From Felis catus (lineage: Eukaryota): DNA of 64,000 nucleotides. Positions 49,966 through 62,509 of this stretch are shown here, one piece after another; the first letter of the stretch is position 1, and each line of letters opens with the position of its first letter. Position numbers and translations under genes: made by a program. The notes beneath the pieces are model-generated. The model did not search any database. It saw only the letters and a program-made list of their open reading frames with translations, and had not been told where the DNA came from. Where the stretch lies: NCBI RefSeq assembly GCF_018350175.1, contig NC_058368.1, forward strand, positions 310,001-374,000. The letters are read 5' to 3'.

Positions 49966-50159
49966 AATAGATAAATACAAATAACCTTGAAAAAAACCCA
50001 CAAGGATGATTCTAATGAGGGTGGCCAAGAAGTCAATAATGAAAAATGTGAATCATCTAAGAAAACCTTTTCAAATCTGGCTTTATATATACTGCACTTA
50101 ATGATGAACTGCACACTATGTGTTACCTTGATATATTAGCTAATAAATACATGAAGCTA

Positions 50160-50365
50160 TCATTACTGATATTATTTAAAATTAAAAGTTACTTTATATT
50201 TATCTGTAATTTTAATTCATGTGTTTACAGCATACTTCATGTATTAACACTATAGTACCTGCACGTCATTAATTAATTAATATACATACATTGCAGTCTG
50301 TGCACAAAACTTTTTTTACTGATAATGGTGTGAGATCACAAGATATGAAGAGAACACAGGTTTAG
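50160..50365. mobile_element. hAT-Charlie remnant (MER113-like)
   Basis: aaaactttttttactgataatggtgtgagatcaca end motif. Confidence 0.4.
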
Positions 50366-51715
50366 ACCATGGGGAGTCTATTTGGTTCATAAACTCTTGA
50401 AGATTACAACTGTCCCTTCACCCTGACATTGCCCTATACCTACACTTAGGAGGCCTTCAAAATGTGTACCAGAATGCTTCTGCCAGCATAAAAATAATTA
50501 AAAATAGCTTCTGAAGGATCAAAGTCCAGTTCTAAACAGTGGAAAGCAGAACTGTGTGCTCACCTCTCTTCTTTTCAACTTACATTTAAATAACCTGTTT
50601 ATTCTAATGCCTACAATTTGGAATCTAAAGCATGTGAATATTAACAACTAGGATAATAGGATTTCAAACACTTGGCTTATCAAAAGTTTAAGAGAAGTTA
50701 AGAAACTTTTACTTTTATACCCAACCTTAGTAGTCAAAGAACCTTCCCTTCCATCATTTCATAATTTTTCCTATTATTGCATAATGAACTATAATAGAAA
50801 CAGCACTAAAGTTCACAGAATACATTCTGATAAATGCTGATCCATACCAAATTCCTAACTGCTTTTACCTGAACCATCTAACCTGATTATGTTTTCCCTT
50901 TGTTTTGACTTCCAGATTCTTAAAGCTCTCTCTTTTAAACTCTCAAGAAGTCATTTATTTGAGGTGACTAATACATATGTCCCTTTATTCTTTCTGATGT
51001 TTTAAAGATTTTTTCTGTTTGCGAAATTAATGCATGTATATTGTAGAAAAGATGGTTTAAAAATACAAAAAACAAAATATAAATCTTCTACAATTTTAGC
51101 ACTAACAGATAATCACTTAAAATTCTGTTATATTTGTTTCCAATCTTGTTTTTATCATATACATATAGTTTTTGTTTTAAAAATTAGAAATAAATTTTGC
51201 ATAAACTTACAGGCAGCTTTTTCCACTGACCATTAATATTGAATATTTCCCTCATGACAACTAAACATATCTTCAAAACATGATCTCCACTAGCTACATA
51301 ATAGTCTATAATATAAATATACTTTCACTGATTTAATTTTTAGATGCTTCACTTTTATTTTTGACTATTATAAATTTTAATATAATAGGCATAAAATTTT
51401 TAAAAGTCATTGCCAAATCACTTTCCAAAAATGTTTGCCAGTCTACACCTTTACCAGCAATGGATGAGAATACCTATCTCAGCACACCCTCACCCACATT
51501 GAATAATACAGGTTTGTTTGTTTGTTTTAACTTCACCAATTTAGTAGGTAAAAAATAGCATCTTATTTTAATTTGCATACATTTGATTGCTAATTAAATA
51601 ATACATTTCTTCGTTTGTTAATACCCAATTTGTATTACTGCTGTCCTCATTATCTTTTTCCTATATTGAATGCTTATGTTCATTTCATTGATTTTAAAAG
51701 AATTATTTAGATATT

Positions 51716-51927
51716 GGGGCACCTGTGTGGCTCAGTCAGTTGAGCGTCCGACTTCCACTCAGGTCATGATCTCACAGTTCACGAGTTCGAGCCCTGCATC
51801 AGGCTCTGTGCTGACAGCTCAGAGCCTGGAGCCTGCTTCAGATTCTGTGTCTCCCTCTCTCTCTGCTCCTCCCCTGCTCACACACTGTCTCTCTATCAAA
51901 AATAAATAAAGATTTAAAAAAATTTTT
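51716..51927 (+). mobile_element. Can-SINE
   Basis: TSD aagaattatttagatat. Confidence 0.94.
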
Positions 51928-52732
51928 AAGAATTATTTAGATATGAATAATTTTAATATTTCTCTTTCAATATTGTACATATATTTTCATTTGTTGGCAT
52001 TGGAAGTTTGTAAAGTTTTATAGACAAATATATTGATATTTCCTTTTGGGGTTTCTTCCATTGTTTAGACCATTCTTCCCTGTCCCAGATTAACTATATT
52101 TCCTGAGTTTTTGTTCCTTTGTTTGTATATGGTATGAGTTAGGAATCAAATTTAATTTTCTACATATAATATCAATTCTCCACTAAATTATAATACCTCT
52201 GCTACCTTACATGTATTTGTTTTCTATTCCATTGATTTATTTTTTATCTCTTCTATTTTTATTTGTCTTTTTTTATTCAGTATGACCCTATAATGAGTAC
52301 TATAGGTTTATGACAATTTCTTACACCCAACAGGTCAAGTCGTTTTTCTTAAATTTTTTTTCAGAAATATTTTAGCTATTCTTGCATCTTTTACTCTTTC
52401 ATATGAATTTTAACAATTTGTGACATTCTACCAAAGATTCTCTTAGAATTTTTATTTGAATTGCATTATATCTAGAGAGAAGTTTCTGTAGAATTTATAT
52501 TGTTTTGGTTATTGACCTCCATATTTATAAAACTTGGTCTATTTCTCTATTTTTTTTTTTTTTGGATTTTCCTCCTTTTTCAAGATTTATAATTGATTCC
52601 ATAAAGTTCTTGCACATTTTTGTTCATTTTAATTTGAAGTAGCTTGCAGTTTGTTGCTATTGTCTTTTTATACTGCATTTTCTAGTTGGTTGTTGCATAA
52701 AAACGTTATTCATTTTTTTAAAACCTATTTCA

Positions 52733-52938
52733 GCTGAGCTCACCGCGTCCTGCGGATCACTTAGATTCCACCCACACCTGCCTAAATAACCCAGAAAATC
52801 GCCAGAAGACTAGCAGAACGGATTCTCTGGAGGCCAGCATAGACGAGAGGTCCACAGAAGAGGGTAGGAAGGGTGGAGAGGCAGTGCACGCTACACGGAC
52901 TGACGGAAGGGAGCCGGGGCGGAGGGGCAGCCCGCCGG
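52733..52938 (+). mobile_element. Isolated felid L1 5'UTR fragment, no poly(A), perfect 14-bp TSD
   Basis: GC/CpG-rich insert (gctcaccgcgtcctgcggatcacttagattcc...cctaaataacccagaaaa...gggagccggggcggagggg) matching the recalled start of the cat L1 5'UTR; TSD taaaacctatttca at 52719-52732 and 52939-52952. Confidence 0.8.
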
Positions 52939-54065
52939 TAAAACCTATTTCATTAAAATATAACTTACACAAAATAACACGTACACATTTTAAGTATACA
53001 TTTAGATGAGTTCTCAGAAACATATACAGTCATGCAGTCAATACCTCAGTCATGATACAAAATGTTTCCATTACTCCATATGGTTCCCATTCTCTACCCA
53101 CCACCTCAAGAAACACAGATACACTGATCAGCTTTGTAGCACTATGGATCACATTTTTATTTCCTAGAATTTGTACAAATGGAATGATACAACATATACT
53201 CTTTTGTGTCTGGCTCCCTTTGTTTAACATAATGTTTTAAAAAGCCTTTCAGATTGTGTGTATCAGTAGTTAATTTCTTCACATTGCTTCCACTGTATAG
53301 ATATACCATAAATTGTATATCCATTCACCTCTTGACATTTGGATTGTTTTCAGTTAGGAGATATTTTAAATAAAGCTGCCATGAACATTCACGTACAAGT
53401 CTTCTATGAACATGCATTTTCATTTCTCTTGACTAAATAATGATAAGTGTATGCTTAACTTTCACAAAAAGCTGCCAAACTGTTTTCCAAAACAGTAATG
53501 CTATGTTACATCTCCATCTGTAATGTATTCAGTTGCCCCACATCACTGCTAACAGTTGGTGATTTGAATCTTAGTGATTTGGTAATTTGGATCTTTCAGC
53601 AAATTCATCTGTTGCATTTAAGTTTTCAAAATTATTGAGTTTTAATATGTATTATCCTTTAATGTCTCTAGGATCATACCAATATCCTTTCTTTTATTTT
53701 TTTTCCTTGACCAAGCTAGCTAGATTTATTTGCTTTCCTGATTAAAAAAAAAAAAAAAGTTTCCTGTTTTATTTTTTATAGTGCTTATTTCATTGATTTC
53801 TATTCCTGTCTTGATTACTTCATCCCTACTTTGTGTTTAACTTATTTTTTTAGCACCTTACATTGGCAGCTTAGATAGTTGATTTTAGAACTTTTTTCCT
53901 AATGCAAACATTAAAAGCTACAGATTTGCCTCTCAGTACTAGTTTTATGCTGCATCCCACAAATGATATGTTATGTTTTTAAATTTTTATTCAGTTCAAA
54001 ATATTTTCTAATCTCTTTTGTGACTTCTTTTACCCATAGGTTATTTAGAAATATTGTTTCTAGCA

Positions 54066-54176
54066 GTGCCTGGCTGGCTCAGTCGGTGGAGCATCTGACT
54101 CTTGATCCCAGGATTGTGAGTCCAAGCCCCACGTTGGGCATGGGGACTACTGTAAAAAAAAAAAAAAAAAAAAAAG
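54066..54176 (+). mobile_element. Short Can-SINE
   Basis: gtgcctggctggctcagtcggtggagcatctgactcttgatc followed by an A-tract. Confidence 0.88.
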
Positions 54177-56728
54177 GAAGGAACTATTGTTGCTTAATTT
54201 CAAAATATTTGAGGATTTTCCAAATATCGTTCTGTTGCTGAATTTATAAATGATTTTATCCAATAAGTTGTTCAGCTTACTTATCAGTAGTTTATAGCTC
54301 ACAAATTTATTTTAGGTTTTCCCTATTAGGCAATTATTTCATATGACAGTACAAATTTTACACTGGCTAGCACATTCAGTGTAATATCAAATTGTAGAGG
54401 TGGTAACAGGGACATCACATGTCTTATTTTAGTGAGACCCTTCTAGCATTTCACCCTTCAGTATGATATTTGCTATAGATTTTGAGGCAGCACACTTTAA
54501 CAGATGAAAGAGTATTTATGTGAACAAAACTTGGACATTTGAGTACATTTTCTACATGTACTGATATAACAATAGTATGATTTTTTTCCTCTTTTAATTT
54601 GTCAAAGTGATGAATTACATTGAAGATTTTCTGATATTGCATCATCTTTGCAATCCTGGGATAAATCTTATTGCTTATTTTTTAAAAATACAATTTCAGA
54701 TTCATTGCTTGCTTTGTTGTTGTTGTATTTGTTAGTGATTTTAAAGTACCTGAAATTTATTTGGGGACATGATATGAGGTAAGAATGAAAATATAGTTTA
54801 TTCTGTAGGCAACTTTTCCTTTATCATTTGTTTGAATGATTTATATATTTCCTGTTAGTGTATAAGCTGAATAATTTTTGGCATTTCTTTTTAAATATTT
54901 CAATTGTTCTGTGGTTTTTATTAATGTATTTTAATGCCATTGGCCATTTCAGATTTTTCTTGAAAGTAATCAGGGTATAAGCAATTGTTTTGCTTTATTT
55001 TCTTTTGTTTTACTCCAATGAAGTATTTTCTCATATAAGAAAACTTAAAAATATCACTCTCAAAAGGGTGTCTATGTCTTGGCCAGAAATATTTTTAATC
55101 AGTGAAAAATAATTTTAGGTAAAAGAATGCTCTGCTTACCTTTGCAAGGGGATTTACTACCTTCTATTACCATAAATGCATTTCAATTGATGAGAAAGCA
55201 AGCAAACCCAATCTGGTCCATGTAGATGTTAACCAAAGTTGGAACCCAGTGTGAGATAGGCCTGAGGAAAGAATCAGGCTCAGGTGACAGAAATAATCTG
55301 GTTAAGCTCCATTCTCTTCAAAAGCCTTGTCCAAGGCCTTGGAGAGCTCCAGTCCCAGACCCTTTGCCCAGATAGCCACTGTTGTCAGTTTGTGTGTATC
55401 CTTTCTTTCTAGGATGCATTCAAATACATCCGTGTGTGTTTATACATATGTACATTCAGGAATGTGGAGTTCACAGATATGGAGGTATGCTGCTTTACAC
55501 AAGTGCTATTACTTATCCTTGATGTTTTTACTTAACAATGTCTTGGAGATCTTTCCATGTTAAGTAACTGATGAATGGTGTGCCATAGACTGACAGCATC
55601 ATAACTTATTTAACTCTCCTCTCATTGATGGGCTTCGAGGTGGTTGGCAAATTTTCACCATTACATTGTAACAGCAGTCTTTCAGGATAAAGTTTAAAGG
55701 TATTCAATGGCATTTGAGGTTCTCTACAATGTGTCCTCCGTCTCTGAAGTCTCACCTCCTACTTATGTACCCTCCCCAAATAGTATGCTCCAGTCAAACT
55801 AGACTAACAGGATTTTCTGGGCTCAAAACCTTTGTGCACATCAGTCCTTCCACCCAAATGGCCCTCTCCTCCCATCTTTCTAAATTTGGCTTTGTGTTAG
55901 AAGGCCATCTCATATCCCCATTCTTCTGTGAAGACTTTCCTCTTCCCTGATCTTCTAGTCTATCATAATCTCTTTTTCCAATAATTTATTTTATTCTGCA
56001 CCACTCATTCAATATTTGTATACTCTTTTGTATCATATTTCATGAGATTACTAATCCTGATGTCTCCAGCCAGAAGCTAAGTACTCAAAGTCAGAGAAAT
56101 TCTCTTGCCTTTTAACTGAACTTCTGGCTCTATTTTCTTTCTTCTTGAGAAATACTTTCCTCCACATTCAAACAAACTTGTCCATGTCGTTCCTCTTTTC
56201 ACAAACAGAGGGTGATGGTGATGTCATCCTTAACAGCTCCCTCATGAGTGACACCACCAGTTTCCTCATTAAGTAGTCACAACAAGGGGTGTCTTATAAG
56301 GTGATTCCTGACTGAGGCCTACAAACCCCTCCCTTCTCCATTCCTCCACTCCCCATTCCCCCGCCCGCCCCCCACCACCTGTCCCCATTGCCTGTGGGCC
56401 CATATTAGTATTAGTATTATTCTCAACACATCACATTTGGCCGTGGGTCAGAGTGGTATCCTTGGTTCCTCCTTTAGCACTTCTGCCATCCCATCACCTT
56501 CACATGAAACCACTCAGGTGAAAGAAAGAGTGTATGCTGATGCTGAAGACACACTGGCCTACTCAGAAGTGCTCCACATCTCTTCCACTCATAGCCCAGT
56601 AGACACTATTTGTCATAGGGCCCAACACAACTGAAAAAGAGACTACAAAGTGTAGAGGACCCACAAAGAATATTTGGAGAGTACAACTGTCTTTGCTGTG
56701 AAACTTAGGACTTTAAGAAATGGAGACA

Positions 56729-56947
56729 GGGGCGCCTGGGTGGCTCAGTTGGTTAAGCGTCCGACTTCGGCTCAGGTCATGATCTCACGGTCCGTGGGTT
56801 CGAGCCCCGCATCGGGCTCTGTGCTGACAGCTCAGAGCCTGGAGCCTGTTTCAGATTCTGTGTCTCCCTCTTTCTCTGACCCTCCCCTGTTCATGCTCTC
56901 TCTGTCTCAAAAATAAATAAATGTTAAAAAAAAAAAAAAAGAAAAGA
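56729..56947 (+). mobile_element. Felid Can-SINE
   Basis: CpGs retained; TSD aagaaatggagaca. Confidence 0.95.
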
Positions 56948-57849
56948 AAGAAATGGAGACAGCAAGATGCCATAAAAGGCAAAAAGAGCCTTGAGAAACT
57001 GTTCAGGAGAAAAGCTTCCACATAAGCCTGAATGGAGTCTCTTTCCAAAAATATCCACCAAAATATTTGAGAATCTTGACTAAGTTACTCTGCCTATAAT
57101 TCTACCAATGATAGAGGCATTTGGCTGAACCACTTTTCTTCTTGAAAACTGCAGATACTCTGAGAAATCTTAGTGGTTGTGTTTTCTCTCTTTCTCTCTC
57201 TCTCTGAATTAATTCAAATAAGGTTTCCCCACATCCCCTAAGTGAGGCCAGTGAGAGAAGAGGCACTTTATTAGGGGAAAATAAAGAGGTAATTTTGGAG
57301 CAGGGATTACTTAAATAGTGGGCATGCCTGGGCAAGGTGCCAGCTACCATGAGGAGTTTAGGGTAACAGGAGAGAGGAAGAACAGCAAAATGGAGGGTAG
57401 AGGAAGCCCCTATCTCCAATTTTTACTTCAACCACCTCTGGAAAGGGGGCAGATACTCATCCTATTTGTCTTTCTTACCACTTCCCCTGTCCTACCTTAT
57501 CCTCCTTCTTCTAGAGTGCAGATCTCAGGCTGGCTTCATAGTGAGGCGTAAATCTCTTTGAGAAGCATAGCAGGGTTAATAATTTTCAACTACTTTGTTG
57601 GTTATACAGGATTTTATAATCTCACCTAGGGATCTGAACAGCCATTTTAACTGTTTATATAGAAAAAAAATTATAATGTTCTAAGTTCCAAACACCTGGA
57701 TTACATTTTTAAAAATAAGATGTACTGTTTTTTTCTGACTATAAAAATAACACATGTAATAACAAACTGAAAAATATAGGAGGCAAATATAAAGAAGCTA
57801 ATTTAAATCATCCATAGTTTCACATTAGAAACACAACCCATTTTTTTGA

Positions 57850-58495
57850 CTGGGGCAGGACACAGTGCCACCACTAGTCAAAATATATGTTTTTGCCTCC
57901 CTGAGTACATTTCCTCTATTGCTGTTAGATGTGGCCGTGTGACCAAATCCTAGCCAATGAATGTAAATAGAAGGTACGCTTCTGGGCCTAGCCCATAATA
58001 AGATCCCACACCTGAAGTTCAGTTCTCCTTTCCTTTCCAGGTGGCTAGAATAAAAATGGTCTCCAAGGCAACCTTGGAAACCATGCATTAAAGATAAAAG
58101 TATTCCTATCAGTCTCTTGGGTTGCGTGGGTGGCTTAGTCCGTTAAGCCTCTGACTTTGGCTCAGATCATGATCTCACAGTTTATGGGTTCGAGCCCTGT
58201 GTTGGGCTCTGTGTTGACAGCTCAGAGCCTGAAGCCTCCTTCAGAATCTGTGTCTCCCTCTCTCCCTGCCCCTCCCCTGCTCATACTCTGTCTCACACTC
58301 TCTCAAAAATACACATTAAAAAAAAAAGAGAGAAGTGTTCCTGTCAGCCTCTGTCCTACAATAGTTTTACAGAGGAGGGACCTATACCAATCTGTACATC
58401 TACCCAGTAGTGCTAAGTGAGAAAAAGCAAACTTCTCCTGTATGAGACTTTTGCATCTACCCCTTCCCACAGTTAACCTGCCCTACTAATATAGC
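57850..58495 (+). mobile_element. MaLR (MLT1-like) LTR interrupted by a SINE
   Basis: gttagatgtggccgtgtgaccaaatcctagccaatgaatgtaa motif and ...ccctactaatata end. Confidence 0.55.
58119..58330 (+). mobile_element. Can-SINE
   Basis: Complete body with A-tail. Confidence 0.92.
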
Positions 58496-58832
58496 TAAGG
58501 ATTGCCTAGATTTTCCTAGTAAACTGTAAACTATCTACCATGGGCCTGGAACATGGAATAGGCCCTCAGGAAATATTTCTTGTTTGTTTATTGATCAGTT
58601 GGTTGACTGAACACATATATTCTCAGTGAAATGATTCCTACAGGATCCCTTCCTTTCTACAGCTGCAATCCTTGCTATCCAAGAGCGAATGCCTTTCGTG
58701 TGTTATGGAATTTCCCATTTTCTCATTTCCTCCACTGGGAAACAAGGTCATAAATCCCTCAAAACACAGTGATGTCTAACAAAGAAAGAATTTAACATCT
58801 ATTTTACAAACCCAGAGTGTGCAAGGGTAGAC

Positions 58833-58969
58833 TTTTTTTTTTTTTTTTTTTTTTTTGCTTCACACCCAGCATGGAGCACAACATGGGGCTTGAACTCACA
58901 ACCCCGAGATCATGACCTGAGCTGAGATCAAGAGTTGGGTGTTTAACTGACTGGGCCACCCAGGCACCC
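58833..58969 (-). mobile_element. Short Can-SINE
   Basis: Poly(T) and head; TSD cagagtgtgca. Confidence 0.9.
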
Positions 58970-59969
58970 TCAGAGTGTGCAGGGGAATGTCCTATCACCA
59001 CATTGAAATTCTAACTGGTATCTTTTGGCAGGAGTTTCAGCACAATAAGTGCATTAATAGATCAATCTAAATACAATTTTCCCTCCCGAAATCACATGTT
59101 GGTTCCAAGCATGTACACAGGTGACTTTTAGAACATCCATGATAAGCAAATGTCCCCCACAAATAAAGAAAAAGAACAAGGGGTAAGTGAAATTAGAGGA
59201 TTGAAAATGAAGAGGAAGAAAATAAAGAACATCCTTAAACTGAAAAGATTTGAAACGGAAAAATGTATATGAAAGAAAAATGAAAACATGAGACAAAAAA
59301 TGGTGAAAAGAAAGCTGGAGATCCAGGTAAGAGTCCTGAGATTTTTCTCCAGACTTCTCTGTTGCCACTGGTTTGGTGAGCTGAACAGAGTCTGATTCAG
59401 ATTAGCAGTGGGCCAGCCTTCCCGAAGCTGCTGAATTTAATGGGTGTCCCCAAGACCTTTCACCCAGTTTCCCCTCAATGAACACACCTCAGTGTGGAAT
59501 TATGCTAACTATTCTGGAATTGCCTCTTCAAACCAGTTTAACAGCTTGCTTGTGCCAGAGTGATGCAGGGCCAAGATTAATGGAAACCAGAAGTGGTGCC
59601 AGGATCATCCCTCCTGTGTGTTATACCTCTACAACTGAACAGACATAAAGGATATCTTCTGAGGGTTCTTGTTGCCCACAACCCACCCCTCCACCCTGCA
59701 AGTCAGATCCTGACACAGGCCACTGTTGGGCCAGGTGGGACACTAATGACCGTGTCAATGAAAAGGTGTGAGCTGGTTGTATCGAGCTGGTCTTATCAGT
59801 CACCATCGAACACCATCTTCTTGAAACACTAAAAGGACATATGACATTATCTCAATATGTATCTAAGTAATATGCATCTAAGTAAACAGTCCTTCCAGAT
59901 AGAATTCTTGAGAAAGAACAAAGCTGAACATATCATAATCCCAGATTTCAAGATATACTACAAAGCTAT

Positions 59970-60085
59970 ACTAAACAAAACAATAAGGTATTGGCACAAA
60001 AAAGACACATAGATCAATGGAACAAGACTAAACAAAACAATAAGGTATTGGCACAAAAAAGACACATAGATCAATGGAACAAGAC
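59970..60085. repeat. Perfect 57-bp tandem duplication
   Basis: actaaacaaaacaataaggtattggcacaaaaaagacacatagatcaatggaacaag occurs at 59970 and 60027. Confidence 0.95.
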
Positions 60086-60150
60086 AAGAACTAACCCTAC
60101 ACCTATAATCAATTAATCTATGATAAAAGAGGAAAGAATATACAATAGTA

Positions 60151-60364
60151 GGGCATCTGGGTGGGTCAGTCATTTAAGCATCTGACTTCAGCTCAGGTCA
60201 TGATCTTGCAGTCCATGAGTTCAAGCCCCATGTCAGGCTCTGTGCTGACAGCTCACAGCCTGGAGTCTGCTTCAGATTCTGTGTCTCCCTCTCTCTCTGC
60301 CCCTCCCCCAACTCTCTCTTGCTCTCTCTCTCTCTCTGTCAAAAATAAATAAACATTTTTTAAA
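60151..60364 (+). mobile_element. Can-SINE
   Basis: TSD aaagaatatacaatag. Confidence 0.93.
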
Positions 60365-60483
60365 AAAGAATATACAATAGCAAAAAGACAGTCTTTTCAA
60401 TAAATGGTGCTGGGAAACCTGGACAGCTACTTGCAAGAATGAAATTAGACCACTTTATTACACTAACACAAAAACAAACTCAA

Positions 60484-60709
60484 GGGGCGCCTGGGTGGCG
60501 CAGTCGGTTAAGCGTCCGACTTCAGCCAGGTCACCATCTCGCGGTCCGTGAGTTCGAGACCCGCGTCAGGCTCTGGGCTGATGGCTCAGAGCCTGGAGCC
60601 TGTTTCCGATTCTGTGTCTCCCTCTCTCTCTGCCCCTCCCCCGTTCATGCTCTGTCTCTCTCTGTCCCAAAAATAAATAAATGTTGAAAAAAAAACTAAA
60701 AAAAAAAAA
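60484..60709 (+). mobile_element. SINEC_Fc (young)
   Basis: Near-consensus; TSD acaaaaacaaactcaa. Confidence 0.96.
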
Positions 60710-61441
60710 ACAAAAACAAACTCAAAATGGATTAAAGACCTAAATGTGAGACCTGAAACCATAAAACCCCCTAGAAGAAGACATAATCAGTGATATCTTG
60801 GACATTGCCATTAGCATCATATTCATAGACATGTCCTCTCACACAAGGGAAACAAAGCAAAAATAAACTATTAGGACTACATCAAAATTAAAAGCTTTTG
60901 CACAGCAAAGAAAACCATCACTAAAACATAAAGGCAACATAGTGAATGGGAGAAGATATTTGCAAATGACATATCCAATAAGGGGTTAATCTCCAAAATA
61001 TATAAAGAACATATACAGCTCAACACCAAGAAAACAAGCAATCCAATTTAAAAATTGGCAGACAATATGAATAGACATTTTTCCAAAGAAGACTTACAGA
61101 TAATCAACAGACATATGAAAAAATGCTAAACATCTCTCACCATCAGGAAAATGCAAATCAAAACCACAATGAGATAACACCTCACACCAGTCAGAATGGC
61201 TACTATCAAAAGATAAGACAAGATAACAAGGGTTGGGGAGGATGTAGAGAGAAGCAAACCCTCATACACTGTTGATGAGAATCTAAATTAGTATAACCAC
61301 TATGGAAAACAGTATGGAGATTCCTCAAAAGTAAAAATATGACCGAGTAATTCTACTACTAGATATGATTCAATAATTCCACTACTGGGTATTTACCCAA
61401 AGAAAACAAAAACACTAGATATATATTACAAAAGAGTCTCA

Positions 61442-61660
61442 GGGGTGCCTGAGTGGCTCAGTCAGTTAAGTGTCTGACTTCAGCTCAGGTCATGATCTCA
61501 CGGTTTGTGGGTTTGAGCCCCGCATCGGGGTCTGTGCTGACAGCTCAGAGCCTGGAGCCTGCTTCGGATTCTGCGTCTCATTCTCTCTCTGGCCCTCCCC
61601 CACTTGTGCTCTGTCTGTCTCTGTCTCTCAAAAATAAACAAAGGTTAAAAATTTTTTTCA
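61442..61660 (+). mobile_element. Can-SINE
   Basis: Complete body. Confidence 0.93.
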
Positions 61661-62064
61661 AAAAGATATATTCACCACTCTGTTTATTATAGCATAATTT
61701 ACAATAGTAAAGATACGGAAGTAACCCAAAGTGCCCATACATAATAAATGGATAAGGAAGATGTAGTCTATATATAATGGAATATTACTCAGCCTAAAAA
61801 AGAATGATATCTTGCCATTTGCAACAATATAGATGAACCTAGAAGGTATTATTCTAAGTGAAATAAGTCAGTCAAAGACAAATACCATATGATTTCACTT
61901 ATACGTGGAATCTAAAAATCAAATGAGAAAACAAAAAACAGACTCTTAAATACAGAGAACAGACCGGCGGTTGCCAGAGGGAAGGTGGATGGTGGGATGG
62001 GCGAAATAGATAAAGGGTAATATTGAGAGATTCAAATTTTCAGTTATAAAATAAAAAAGTCACA

Positions 62065-62313
62065 GGGTGTCTGGGTGGCTCATTTCATGACCAACTCTTG
62101 ATTTCGGCTCAGGCCACGATCTCACAGTTGTGAAATCGAGCCCTGCATCAGGCTTTGCACTGGGCACGGAGCCTGCTTGGGATTCTCTCTCTCCCTCTTT
62201 CTCTGCCCCTCCCCTGCTCATGCTCTGTCTCTCAGAATAAATAAAAAATTTTTTTAATAAAAATAAAATGAAATAAAATAAAATAAAATAAAATAAAATA
62301 AAATAAAATAAAT
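62065..62313 (+). mobile_element. Can-SINE with (TAAAA)n tail
   Basis: Head, (CT)n and pentamer tail; TSD ending aagtcac. Confidence 0.92.
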
Positions 62314-62509
62314 AAGTCACGGAAATAAAAAGTGTAGTATAGGGAATATACTAATAATATTGTAGTAACACTGTATGGTGACAGATAGTGACTACACTTA
62401 TCATGGTGAGCAGTGAGTAATATATAGTAATCTATTACTGAATCAATATGTTGTATACCTGAAACTAATATACACTGTATGTTAATTATACTTCAAGTTT
62501 TTTAAAAGG

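Larger units (their letters stand above)
51000..55000 (-). mobile_element. Mosaic of ancient L1M (L1ME/L1MC/L1MD-like) fragments
   Basis: T-rich, antisense L1 ORF2 and 3'UTR motifs (aaagctgccatgaacattcacgtacaagt; tttgcaatcctgggataaatc). Confidence 0.7.
59900..62505 (+). mobile_element. 5'-truncated carnivore L1 (ORF2 3' part and 3'UTR) carrying four SINEs
   Basis: ccagatttcaagatatactacaaagc...aaatggattaaagacctaaatgtgagacc...tgtatgttaattatacttcaa. Confidence 0.9.
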
